A stretch of DNA of 63,934 nt, filler included, from Folioceros fuciformis (lineage: Eukaryota), in the NCBI GenBank assembly GCA_049999805.1. It is 5 parts of 4 records of this genome, joined end to end, with 100 filler letters (N's around TTAATTAATTAA, not from the genome) between each part and the next. Parts side by side here need not be neighbours in the genome. Positions count along the whole stretch, not along the records: positions 1 to 30,493 come from JBNGIO010006333.1; positions 30,594 to 53,718 come from JBNGIO010006333.1; 3 more parts are not named here. One strand, written 5' to 3'. Positions 23,534 to 35,934 of this stretch are shown piece by piece. Position numbers and translations under genes: made by a program. Numbering within the stretch: position 1 is the first letter of the stretch; the number at the start of each line of letters is the position of its first letter. Below the pieces are notes generated by a model, which made no database searches, had not been told where the DNA came from, and saw only the letters and a list, made by a program, of their open reading frames with translations.

Positions 23534-25481
23534 ATGGGCCAGGCCTCGACGTTGGTCTGCATTCTTCTGGCCCTGCTCGCAGCGCTGTTGCTGGGTCGCC
23601 TTTGTGAAGCAGGTGAGCCACGAAAGCAGACAGGAGCGTGCCTTTCCTTGGGCTAAACAGGCTCTGCCTGCAGACTAGTGCTCGCTTGCAAGCACCTCAA
23701 ATTCCCTGTACTATGTGGATGGGCTGGCTAGCTGCAGCTGTTTGATTTGTGTGCGTCCTTGTTTGCTACCTGCAGCGGGCGGCCCTTGCACCTCCTCGGA
23801 GGTGACGATCTCGGTGACCAGCGTCAGCCACCTGGCGCTCAGAACCGCGTATCCAGCCACGCAGACAGTAAACCTGGTGCTGGGAGCAAATCTCGCAGTT
23901 TCTTCCAGCATCGTCTTCGATGCCAGCTACTCGTGCACTAAGTTCACTGCGACTTCTAGGCGCAAGGTGACAGCCTCCCAGGACTCCTTCCCGGCCATCC
24001 AGGTGCGGGGGCTCAACAACCTGCTCATCTACAATGTGGACTTCTCGGTTCCCACTTCCAGCTCCTCGGCCGCCTGCGGGGTGTCGCTGCCGGATTCCAG
24101 CAAGTCGCAGAACTGCCCCGCCGTGCACATCCACTCCAGCTGGGGCGTGCAGCTGGTGGTGGCGACTGTGACGGGGAGAATCGACATCATACAGTCGGCG
24201 CAGGTGACGGTGGATTCCATCACCCTCACCTCCTTCCTGGCGGAGAAGGCCCTGGTGCAGGTCTTCAAGTCTGGGGACGGGCCCAACCGCATCGTCAACT
24301 CTATCACCATCTCCAATTCCTACCTCACGGGGGGCCAGATCGGCGTGCTCCTCACGCAGCTGTCTGTGGGAACCGTCATCCAGAACAACTACATCAAGAA
24401 TCCCTACTTCACCGGCATCCAGTGTGGGCAGGGCGTGCACAATGTAGGGGACTGCATGCTCTCGCAGTACCTGAACAACTACTTCGTCTACACCTCCGAT
24501 TTCACGCCCCATTCCGACTCCTCTGCGGTCTACTTCGGCACTCACTGGGTGAACCCCGGGAACTACCTCTCCTGCAACTACGCTTTGGGCGGCAAGCAGT
24601 GCCTCTATCTGGATTACTGCTCCAGTGGGATCACCGTGGAAGGAATGATCTGTTACAACATGAATTCGGGCATGAAGCTCAACACGGGGCACTCCAATAG
24701 CGTTACCAGCCTCCTCAGCATATCGCAACGCTTGCCGGGCTGGATCAGTTGCCAGAATTACGCGGTGAACAACTGCAACCAGGAGGTTGGCCAGTACTGG
24801 GATTCCTTGAGGCGCACAAGCTACAACTCCCCAGCCTTCCAGCAAGTAAGCACATGAACTGCCATTGTAATCAATTCTGGCCATGGCATGCGCTTCCGTG
24901 GACATTCTCTCATACATGCCTCACCCTGCCTGCAGAACTATCCTTGGCTCAACAACTTCTGTGACCTCACATCATACGCTGGCGTCAACTGCAACCCCAC
25001 CGGCAGTGCCAGCGCTACTGACACGGGCAAGTGCAGCGGACTGCCCACAGGTAAGAATCATTTGGAACCTGTCAAGTGTTGAGTTCAACAGCTAATGAGA
25101 TGATCACCAGCAAGCATTACTGCCTTGGCGATCACAGCATGCTGATTAGTGGATTCTGCGATTTTTTGCCGTGCAGGAAACAAGGCTTCTATCGTGATTG
25201 TGGATTCTCTTAACACCAAGAACACACCAACCTACCTTAGCTGCAGTGGGGTTCCAGTTGCATCGAGCTTGAACAGCATGGATTGGGTATCATACTCTTC
25301 CTCCACAGTGCTGTTCAACAATTATGCCAATCAGGACTTCGGTCTGAAGTCGGGATCGCCTGTGTACACAAAATACCCCAACTTCAAGTCCTGCCCGAAG
25401 TCTGCCATCGGACCTCAGACTGTAAGTTTCTCCACGTACACCGACAATTTCAACGTGGATGCAGGTCCCGCTGCGCCCTGA
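23534..25481 (+). CDS. Secreted right-handed parallel beta-helix protein, paralog B; exons 23534-23612, 23776-24845, 24936-25050, 25177-25481 (522 aa)
   Basis: Signal peptide MGQASTLVCILLALLAALLLGRLCEA. Long blocks match paralog A (GIQCGQGVHNVGDCML, THWVNPGNY, QCLYLDYCSSG, PGWISCQNY, NFKSCPKSA). The exons sum to 1569 nt. Confidence 0.82.
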
Positions 25482-28400
25482 TGCAGGCCATTCCAGCATG
25501 ATCCATGATATTGCACGCCAGCGCCAGCCACACTGCTTGTGGAGCATTGACAGCAACGTAGAGACCGCACCCGGCTTTGCTGCCTCCTCTTTACGAGGCA
25601 GGCCTGAGGTGGAACCTTCGCCATTATTCCCAGGTCTCTACACGCACATTGTATTTGTCTTATTGGATAAGCTTTGCACGAATCCGTGCTTATCAGCTCC
25701 CAGTTTTGGAAGCGTCGATATGAGCCATAAGTCTCAGGCTTCGAGGATGTGGGTTTGCCCAACTGCATTTACACTATTGATTCTCTAGGCTAGCCCGGCT
25801 CCCCAAAGGAAACACCACCAGCCTTGAGACAGATATTTGAAAGTTGCGACAACTTCTTGTTGTGGCAACGTGTCCCAACGTCGTCATAATCCTTGCCTGG
25901 CACAGGCCATGGGCTTTGAGTGTATCTGTGACACCTTTCCTTTAAGCGAGGACGCATTGAACTTTACGGAAAGTGCGAAATTGTATAACATTGATACTCG
26001 TATGTGCATGTCGTCTGCACAAATGTACGACGTGTGCGAACTGGCCAGTGGGGTCGGAGTGCGGGTTTATTAGTCTGTACAAAAGTCTACATGTACCAGA
26101 CCGGGAGCATTGACTTGCACGCTTGAGGCAACGCCGATGAAATCCCTAAACATCTGTTCTGCAATCCCAGCTCCCTCCCAGTTACTGTAAGAAAATTTGT
26201 CTCAGGGAAGTTCAAGGAAACAGGCTACAGTCTCCCGCGGTAAGGGCTCTTGGGTGCCCATGTGCTGTTCACCAACCTTCGTTTTGCATGTGAACATCAG
26301 CGTGGCATGCGGAGCTACTGTTGAACCTTATGCTCTCTTTCTCATGGTGTATTATCAACAATTTTTTGTCATGTGCATAGATTTGCTTCCTTCTTTCCTC
26401 AGGATGTCTCTGCATTGTGAGTCATGGGGTATCCATCCACCGCCAAGCCCCAGTACGGCTTTCAGACTTTCACTCTAACCCGTGGGAAGTAAAGTGGGCT
26501 CTCTATGTCTTGGACACATGCTTCAACGTGTCTGCACACAGAGGCCCCACAGAAGAACCACATGACGTCTGCCAAAAGACACAGTCTTGCACTTTGTCCG
26601 GCGTGTTTTGGCAGAAGAGAGGCGCTGACAAAAGAAGCTGCTCCGCTGTGACTGTTTCTTGGGTTCGTCCTTGCGAGGTTCATAGCAGGCGGCTGGAATT
26701 GCGTTTTCTATCTTGCAAGGCTGCCACAGAAAGTACTCTCCATGGAAACGAAGGATGGGGTGAGTCGGCAGACAGCACAGTGACTGTCGGTACAACTTTC
26801 CATGCCTCGTTGCTTGTATCAGATGACTTCCAACTCTAGGAGGACATGTGTCAGATGATTTCCAACTCTTCCTGTTACGCTTGCTTTTCAGGTGTCTGCT
26901 CAATTTGATATGCTTTGTGTTTGGTCCATATTCATTCTCGGTATCTCTGCGAGTACTTTGCAAGAGATTTTTTGAGGAGCTCACTCTGACAAGTATTCTG
27001 TGGCTTCTACAATGTGAGACAGTTTTAGTCTTCTGAGTCCATGACTCTAGTCACTTGACAGAGGGCCTTGCTGGCAGAGGAGTGCCAAGTATGTTTTGCA
27101 GCTCACACTGGTCGTTCTGTTTTTCTGGTGAACATCATGATGCATTTTGCTCAGAGGAGATGATCTAGCAAGTGGCTATGGGGGTTTTCATCTTGTTGCC
27201 CATGACCCGACAAGCAGAGAGGCCCTTGTTTCAAAGCATAGTGCATTCCTTGGGAATCCTTGGCTTCACGGGACTGGGTTCTCTGAGAGCTTGGCAAGGA
27301 GTTGGGCCCCCTATTCCCTCCACTTTTAACAAGAAGATGCAACGCTTGCTTGAATGTGTCCCAACCCATGCTTGCGAGCAAATGCACACCAAAAGGCTTC
27401 AGATCCGAATCCCTACCTGAATCTAAATGCCTCTTCATTTAGCATCTTCTAATGACTTCTGGCTTGTGACTTTGGACCAAATACACCACAAGACTTCGTG
27501 CTGTGACTTCGGACCACTTCTCTATAGTGACACATGGTCATTGCGCAGCTGTACTTTTACTTCAGGACCCCTCCAATTGTGGTCAACAAACATTGGAACC
27601 GCATAGATAGTCATAGACTCACTGCGAATGGTTACTAATGTCACAAACTCCGACGCAGACGGAATTGCCTCGCACTCACCAATGCATACATTCCTTGGAC
27701 TCATACATGCTCCGCTTCATATTATCAGAGCCCTGCGCAAAGCTCTATTGAAGCTACCCTACCGGAGCCACTCACGAGCATCCATGGATCAAATTTCGCT
27801 CAATATCGGCTTGCAATTTTAGTTCTGAACACGCTACGAGGAAGCGATAGCGCACTCTTTAGCTTGAGGGTTGTAAATAGTTCATGCCGATAAATTCGTA
27901 TCCTTTGTAAGAAAATAATACTTCTTCTTCCTCTAGCTCTCGTGACAGGGGTAGTACTGACAGGGACGTCGTACGGGAATCATGAATGATCAAAACTTGT
28001 ATTCAAGTTCACATGTTTCTCCTAAAATTAATAAATAAAATAGACTTTTTTATGTAAGAATAGCCAAGCCATGAAAAAAAATGGAACCAGAACTTGAAAC
28101 TCAAACTCACAAGTTGATTCTATTAAAAAAGAGAAAAACTCAAGCCACATGCATATAGATATAGAATATCAAACTCAATGTACAACTCCACGAATGAGTC
28201 AATTTGATCTAAGCATGATTGTAGGAAGCTACTAAAGATTAACCCTCAATCAAACATTATTTAAGGATATATTAGGAGCAACCATCCAATCTATATACAA
28301 AGCTCACACAGCCTAGAGCTAGATGAATAGGGGGTGTAACATTTCCATGTACACTCATGGGTTTGTGAGTGCTTGATAAAGAACTCTAAATGAGCTTGGA

Positions 28401-28735
28401 ACGTGAATGTTCCTCTGTCACATAAGAGGAGCTTCTTGTTTGTAATCATATTTAGAGCTTTGTGGCCAGCTTCGCTGACTCTTGTATGTCGAGCCAAGGA
28501 GGTCACCCGATTATGGGTAGCTTTGAAGCAGGCACACATAGTGCTAGTGAGAGTCAAGAATCCTTAGAGTGACTTTCTAAGAGACCATCTTCAATTGAGA
28601 TGCACATAATCACTCTAGTGTCATTGAAGCCTTCTATTTGAGATTGGATCTCGAGGAACTAGTTTAGAGTCAATCAAGGTAATTTAATCATTAGAAGTTA
28701 TTGGTTTGACTAGACCACAATGATCTTTCCATTGC

Positions 28736-29115
28736 GAGCCCAGACCATAGCTATTTGTCCATTTGTGAGCCTAGACCACAGTGATTTGTCCATTTGTGAG
28801 CCCAAAGTGACCTATACTATAATGATTTATCCATTTATGAGCCCAAAGTGACCTATACCATAATGATTTATCCATTTATGAGCCCAAACCATAGTGATTT
28901 GTCCATTTGTGAGCCCAAACCATAGCGATTTGTCCATTCGTGAGCCCAAACCATANNNNNNNNNNTAGCGATTTGTCCATTCGTGAGCCCAAACCATAGC
29001 GATTTGTCCATTTGTGAGCCCAAACCATAGCGATTTGTCCATTTGTGAGCCCAGAGTGACCTAGACCATAACGATCTTTCCATCCCCGAGCGCAAACCAC
29101 AACAATCTTTCCATC
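28736..29115. repeat. 31-bp minisatellite GCCCAAACCATAGCGATTTGTCCATTTGTGA, about 10 copies, gapped
   Basis: Directly visible; some units carry an AGTGACCTA insert. Confidence 0.9.
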
Positions 29116-30493
29116 AATGAGACCTATCTATGCATACTAAAATATATTTGCTTAGTCTTTACCACACTACGCCCTCACCCTCCTACAGCCTAGACTTCCC
29201 ATACACACGTACATTAGGTCCTACAATGACCCCACTTCAATCTTCATATCTTTCCTCACTCTCGCTTGTCTATGTTGCCTCTACATGTGCATCCGCTTCA
29301 ATTCTTCTAACTATTTTCTATTGGGTGGCCTTGCCCACCAAAGGTTGCACACTTTGGTGCAACCTTAGGGCTTAGGATTCCCATCGAAGGTGGCACAATC
29401 TAGTGTAGCCTAAGGGATTGGGATTCTCAACTCTCGCTAGCACTTTTGTTTGACTCTCGCTCCAAACCCCCTACCACATTATGGGCTAATTATCAACCCT
29501 ATATACCTAGGCTACAATTATGTTGAGAATAAATTTAGATGTTAGGGATGTTGTAGAAGGTCATGGGTACTCGAACTCCCTTCGAAATAATCAAACGATA
29601 AGGACTTGGTAGTTCTTGTTTTTTTATTAGAAATAGAGTGACTGAGTACACGCATGACAGTTTCACTCCTTGGTATGATTTTGGCTACTAATAACAAGTC
29701 CTTGGGCTGCCGAACCCAAGGTTCCTTGGACTTTGGCAGTAGTATCTTGGAGTTGTTTTTTTTGCAATAATCTATCCTTGGCCCATGGGTATGAGACGGG
29801 CTAGGCTAGGAGTTCCTTGGCTCTTGGTGGTTTGGAATGACCAGAAGCCTTTATATAAGAATGAGGGGGGGGCATTCCCCCACGGGCACTCACTCAAGTG
29901 GGATGGTGGTCAACATCCCTATGGTGGCTAAGTTAGGTGGGTGCCGGTTTGGCCAAAGTGGAGTTAACAACCCTAGTGGCGGGCCTAAGGCAAGCAAAGA
30001 GTGAAGGAAGACTTCAAGTCGTGGAGTGCAACTAGGAGATAGCATCGGTAAGGCATCACGGCCAAGTGTGGTCTCCACGAAGATCAGGAGTCAAGGAAGG
30101 GTAGGAGGGCTTGGAGCACGGAGGCGGACAAAGTGACAACAAGGCCGCGCGGTCATCAGGGTCGGGGAGCACTGGCCTGGAGAGAATAGCAGGAGTCGCA
30201 ACAGCAACCTAGGGAGTGCGCATGTGAACAAAAAAACTTCGAAACCCCCATTTTGAGCGACGGAATGAGCAGGTTGTGATTTTTTTTGTGAAGGGACAGG
30301 CGAATCGGCTTAGTAGGTAAATAAGACCAGGGTGTTTATGCCCAAAGTCCCTCTTGGGCTTCGGGGTTTGAGGTGTACTAGAGACCAGGACAAGGAGGAG
30401 GAATGAGCGAGTGCCTCCTTGCCCCTCGGGTCATTGAGAACATTAAGAACCAGATCTATAGGTAGGTGAGTGGGGTATGTCCGTGGCCTTTGG

Positions 30494-30593
30494 NNNNNNN
30501 NNNNNNNNNNNNNNNNNNNNNNNNNNNNNNNNNNNNNTTAATTAATTAANNNNNNNNNNNNNNNNNNNNNNNNNNNNNNNNNNNNNNNNNNNN
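30494..30593. other. Artificial scaffold linker (44 N + TTAATTAATTAA + 44 N)
   Basis: An identical 100-bp construct also occurs at 53719-53818, 59692-59791 and 62472-62571. TTAATTAATTAA places stops in all six frames. Confidence 0.95.
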
Positions 30594-33500
30594 GAACACA
30601 CTGCTGTCCATCCTCTTTCACGTCCTCAAATCTGAAACGAGAATCATACGCTTCCGACAACCATTTGCGGCCTACCGATGAGGCCAGCCCGGGTGATCCA
30701 GATATCGGTCCCGATGTGCGGAGCAATCTGAAGCAAATGGGAGCCGTTTCGGGGCAACTGTTATAAGTGAGGGTACGCTGATGATGGTGAGGTGTGAAAT
30801 CAGTTCGCGCCATCGGCCAGTACCTGGTGGGAGCTCCAGGTCGCGTCCGGTAGGCGTGCACGTCTCCAATTTAAGTTGATCAGATCGCTACCCGCTACAA
30901 GTACACTTCCACCTAGACCGTCGACACTGATGCTGCTCAAGGACGTCGACATCGTCCCCTCCTGCAGCCTCATCTTTCACGGCAATCACTCCCAGTGCAC
31001 CCATTTCAAACACAACTAACAACAATCTGAACCCGACATTCATCAGCCAGAGCTCTGAATGACGAGTTCCCACATTCCAGATGTGGGGCGCCAATTTTAA
31101 CAACATGCTGGTGCAGAGCATCGGGCTAGAGATGGCCTCCCAAAAAACGGCGGATCGCCCTCCCTGCGCGAGGACACGGACCAGATCTGCCCTGCCATTT
31201 TTATCCTACCACCTGGGCCATCCAGCTGGTGCAGGCAGATAGGGCAGAAGCGATGTGTGCCGATCCCCCAGGTGTCACGTTGGAGTCGCTACATCTCGAT
31301 CACGTTGTCCCCAGCGGAGAAGGGAACGTTAGCGTTTCAAGCTTCGTCACCGTCAACGCCCGGCAGCCTGGCTGGATCCGCTGCCTGCAGAGTTACTACA
31401 TCACGATCACTGTGACCAGTCTTCCGGGGCCTACTCGGAAATCGCCACTGGCAGGCTCCCTCACTCCGAGTCTCTGAACTTGCCGAAAGCTGTCAGCCAT
31501 AGCTGCATACTAGCTTGAACTTTGACGTCCGTTCTTTGGAGTTTGCACCACCTTCCAACCTGATCAACGTTTCTTGTTTGTGCTTCCTTAAGTCGCAGGA
31601 CTACCCTTGGCCATACTTCCCAGTGGAAACCATCTCCTCCTCTCCTTCCGATACTCTGCTCCCAGGGCAGCTTCTATTTCCAGAATGCATGGTTCGATGC
31701 CCATTTTCATCAGTGGGTATCGCTAAATTTGGCAACAAGATCTCAGTTGTGCTCGTGAACTCAGTCGGCAGAAATACGCCGACCGACGTGAGCAATGAGC
31801 TGTGAGCACATATCGTCGGTGGCGTCCCTGAGCATCGTGTGCTGGAAACTTTCCAGTCCATGCCGTCAAGCCTTTAATGCTTTCCTTCACGTCTGGCTCA
31901 GTTCAGTGATCAAGCCAGGACTATGGAGTTGATAACAAGCTGTCACCGATTGATTTCACATTTTGCAACTTCAAGCCGTGCTCCATTCCCAAGAAGGCAT
32001 CACGTCCGTAAGCTCTCCTCGTTCATGGCCAACTTCAATGTGCTTCTATGGCAGCAGTTCCCATCACATGATCCTCTTGTCATTATCATCTGCAGTAGCC
32101 TCAAGGTTGAAGTACCAACGGTTGAATTTTCAGTACAGTTATACTAGCCCTAGATTCGTGCTTTCCTTATGCTCATGATCCTGGTCCCAGCTTGGAATTG
32201 GTCAGCAGATGGATGCACCTTGTTCATGTCGACCATGTCCCCGTCACGGTGCTCAAAGATAGCCCACAGCTTCATTTACTGAGGCCCTCTTTCTCCCATC
32301 CTGGAGGGGCATGATTGTGCGCTCTGATAGCTGATCTCACAGCAAACGATATCATTCACAGGCCAGCTGCTTCACATGGAATCTTTTACAAAAGGAACTT
32401 TGTGCTGCCTTACACTAGCTATGCAGAACGCTAGCTTCTGGGCAGAGGTTGGTTTTGAAGTGTGAGCTCCGAAGGTTCCACCACACCAGGGACACAAGCT
32501 GGTGTGGTGGAACCTTCGGATTGTAAGTCCTGTCATGTCTGCTCTTCTGAGCGCTGGCCCTAAAGCCGCGCTTGGCTATGGAAGGGAAGGAAAGTTTCGA
32601 ACATAGTATACAGTGTCGCATGGCTCCGTAAGTATCTCCAAGTGGCCGGACACAGTCTACAGTATTGCAACCAGCCTGAGCCAGCAGAAAACCAGCTCTT
32701 TCTGCAGATCTTTCGCAGTCCGGGGGGTGGCCAGGGGCAAAGCACACGATGTCAGATGCCAGACATGTGTGTAGACCAGACCACCAAAAAATAAAAATGG
32801 TGTTTACATTGCTGGCAGGGTGGCAGGGCGCTGTAACAGTGGTGCAAGCACGATTTGTTACCTGGTGGCCGCACCTCGACGAGAAATCGGGCAACTTGTC
32901 AGACGGTCAATGAGCTCACTGCACTGCCTCTTGAGAATCGGTGTCCAGCACCTTCCGAAGGCGTACGATGCCCGCGAATAATGCCCAACTCAAATTACTT
33001 GTCAACTCCAGTGAGGCGAGACGCATGTCTAATGACCACAAACGATGATCGAGGGACCACTGTCACTTGAGATCGGGATAGCGGTGGATCAGTCATGCTG
33101 CACACCTTCGTGAGCAGAAAAGCACTTAGAAAACCAGGGGTACACGAGGTTCCCCTGGCCGGCAAGAAAGCGATCGGTGAGGAGACAGATTTACTCTGAG
33201 CTTTACCTCATGTCAAGTTGTCGGTGACGGAGTCCGTAAAGTGGCGAACGAGGAGGTCCTGATGTGACATCGTAATCGGTAGGCACATGGGGCAAGCAAA
33301 CGAGTGTCTGGGCTCGTGGTTAATTCTAGCACAGTTCAGCCACACATGCGAAGCAGAACCAGATGGTTGAGAACAGTGCCTCGATACTCCCTCCATCGGT
33401 AGAGCACTACTCAAAAACAATTAGTGAGGGAGGCCGGAGCCGGAGACATTGATGCTCAAAAGAGATATCTGTGGGTAGACGAGAGGAAGCGCAGGGAAGG

Positions 33501-35747
33501 AGAAGCAAACCTAGCAGCACGCGAGAACCTAAAGAGGACTGCTCACAGTGACGAAACAAAGTGAGACAGCTGCCCCTCTTTCCCCCGCAAGATTAGGGTT
33601 ATCCAGGCTTGCCAAGACGTCTGTACAAGCAAACAGCAAAACCTGGCATGAATGCCGCAGCTGGCTTGTCAGTTCATCGCGTATTACGACGATTCCCTAT
33701 TCACCCAAACGACAGAGAAGTCAGTGAGAAGATACCTCCACCAGTCGATCAGTGAGGAAGGTATCCATGAGCCGAGGAGACGCTGGAACGGAAATGCAGG
33801 AGACATGCATAATAGCGGAAAGAGACGAGGTGTGGAATCAGGAGCACGGTTCCCACGTACGAAGGAGTTTGTCAGGGATGGTGGCAGTTGGAAGCATGCA
33901 ACCCATGCCTCCTCCTGGCCTTTGTGGGGGGGCCAAATTTAGGGTTAGAGCGGCACCGACAGGGCAGCATGGCGCGGGATTCGGCACACGGGACAGCTGG
34001 GATTGGGTTCCCGACAGGCTTGCAAGGCAGGTACGCGAAACGGGATGGCCCAAGGCACACGCTCCGACTCCTCACTGTAGCGCAAGTGTGTTTGTACTCA
34101 CACCCATACATGAGTAGCTGGCTGGCTTGAGAGACTGGCAGTCGCTGGCTGGTGGCTGGCCGGCTGGCGGGTTGGCTGGGTGTCTGGTGAAATGAGCCTC
34201 TGCCCTCCCGTGCTTTGACAAAGTAAAGAGTTAGCAAGGATGAGAATCTGGCGACCGGGTCTAGGTCCCCACCCTGGACCGTGCATTGCAACTTGCGATT
34301 AGCAGTTATGGCTCAGGCCAATGAGTGGAGCCGGAACTCCGCACCGCTTCCCAACTCGGGTCTCGAGACACGAGCGCACTTGGAGGAGCTGGAAGACGAA
34401 ATTCAATTATCCCTGGTATCGTGAAGCCCACTGCCTTCTCCCTCCCACACCATGCGTTCAGTCGAAACATCCTCCTAATTCATGTTTCCATCGATTGACC
34501 GATGGTATTATATGCCCGAAGCATTAGAATAGTGTGAGACAAGTACAAGAGGGCATGATTGCGAGGCCACTGCCGGGGTGGACACAGCAACCAGTCAGGC
34601 GTGCATCATGGTACGACTCCCTGGAAGGAGTGAAACACCACAGCAGCAGCCATAGCCAGAGGTGCAGATTGCAGCATATGTACATTTATCTGTGTGATCT
34701 GCTACAAGGAGGGGCCAGGGCAAGTGCCAGCTGGGGAGACTTGGGGCAGTCCTGGGCAGCCTGTTGCAGCCTGTGTGCGACCCTGGGCCGCTGGCCTCCC
34801 GATTACACATCTGTATGTACACACAATGGGGATAAAAGAAACAAGCCGGGCCCCCCAGGGTGGCGTTTTCTGCATGCAACGGGGACGTGCGTGACGGCCT
34901 GCGGGCGTCACCGGATCACATGAGGCCCTGCCGGGCCTTGCACGGCCCCGCGCCTGTAGGTTTTATCCTCCGGGTTTCGTCCCGTCTTCTTGCCGTGTAG
35001 CAGCCGGTGAAAATGCAAGTCGACGTGAGGCGGTATGGAGACTTAGGGGTGCGGTAAGGAAGGGCAGCTATGTGCAGTTGTACACCACCGAAATTACTGG
35101 ACCGGTTGTGCTGTGTGTCTTTGAGTTGGTTCTCACACGGGAAAGTTACCGGAGCCTGAGTGGCGGGGACGCGGGCTGCCGCGGGCTCCGCTTTAGGTGA
35201 AATGTGGCGCACCAGGCGCGGTCGACGCCGGTGAAGCCGCTGGTACAGAACCCCTCGATTGTCGCCGCCTTCTACTGCCTTCTCCTGGCCACGCGAAACA
35301 CCTGACTCGTTTTCTCCTCCTTTCGACTCCCGTCGCACTCAGTTTAGCTTGTTCATCAGCCTTGGCCTCCGTCTCGGCTTTGCCATCGCTGCCGCCTTCG
35401 CCTTCGCCTCCGCTTTCGCTTTCGCTGTGCATTGCAAATTACATCGCATTGCGTTGATCGCAGCGTGCGCGTGCTCGGGGTCCTGGATTTCCCGCCTGTC
35501 CTCCCCTCGTTTTGAGCGGGAGCCGGGGCTGGATTCCCGAGCAGGAGTGGGATCCGCGGCCCGGTCGCCATAGCCGGGCTTGCCTCGGTGCTGCGCTAGG
35601 AAGGGGATTGGGGAGCGCCATGCGGCGCCAGCACCGCTGGCTTGCGCTTTTGGCAATTCTGGGCACGGGAGGTAGCGGAGGGTGGAAGGGGGAGGAGGGA
35701 GGAGGGAGGGGATTGATTGATTGAGGATCGGGGAGCGAAGGTAAGAT

Positions 35748-35842
35748 CAGGGCAGGGCAAGGCAGGGCAGGCAGAGCAGAGCAGAGCAGAACAGAACAGA
35801 ACAGAACAGAACAGAACAGAACAGTGAACAGAACAGAGCAGA
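35748..35842. repeat. Compound pentanucleotide microsatellite (CAGGG)n-(CAGAG)n-(CAGAA)n upstream of the RAY1-like CDS
   Basis: Directly visible. Confidence 0.9.
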
Positions 35843-35934
35843 GGGGGCCTGCAAGGCGATCGCTTGGTTCGGCTTCAAAGCTTGTTCGTTTCATGAAGGG
35901 AGACCTGCTGGATGGAGTGAGAAGGGTGGCCACC

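Noticed and set aside
23766..24917. 383-aa antisense ORF over beta-helix paralog B
   Set aside because: Shadow of a GC3-rich exon. It has no motif and is not kept open in paralog A.
26197..27822. Possible spliced gene or pseudogene (faint VHS-like NPWEVKWALYVLDTCFN)
   Set aside because: Splice-like signals exist but I could not build a consistent frame or convincing homology.
28736..29115. CRISPR-like or coding repeat ORFs
   Set aside because: Head-to-tail 31-bp minisatellite with no unique spacers; the ORFs are repeat translations.
29549..30493. Possible LTR or solo LTR
   Set aside because: LTR-like composition only; no second copy, PBS or TSD is visible before the linker.
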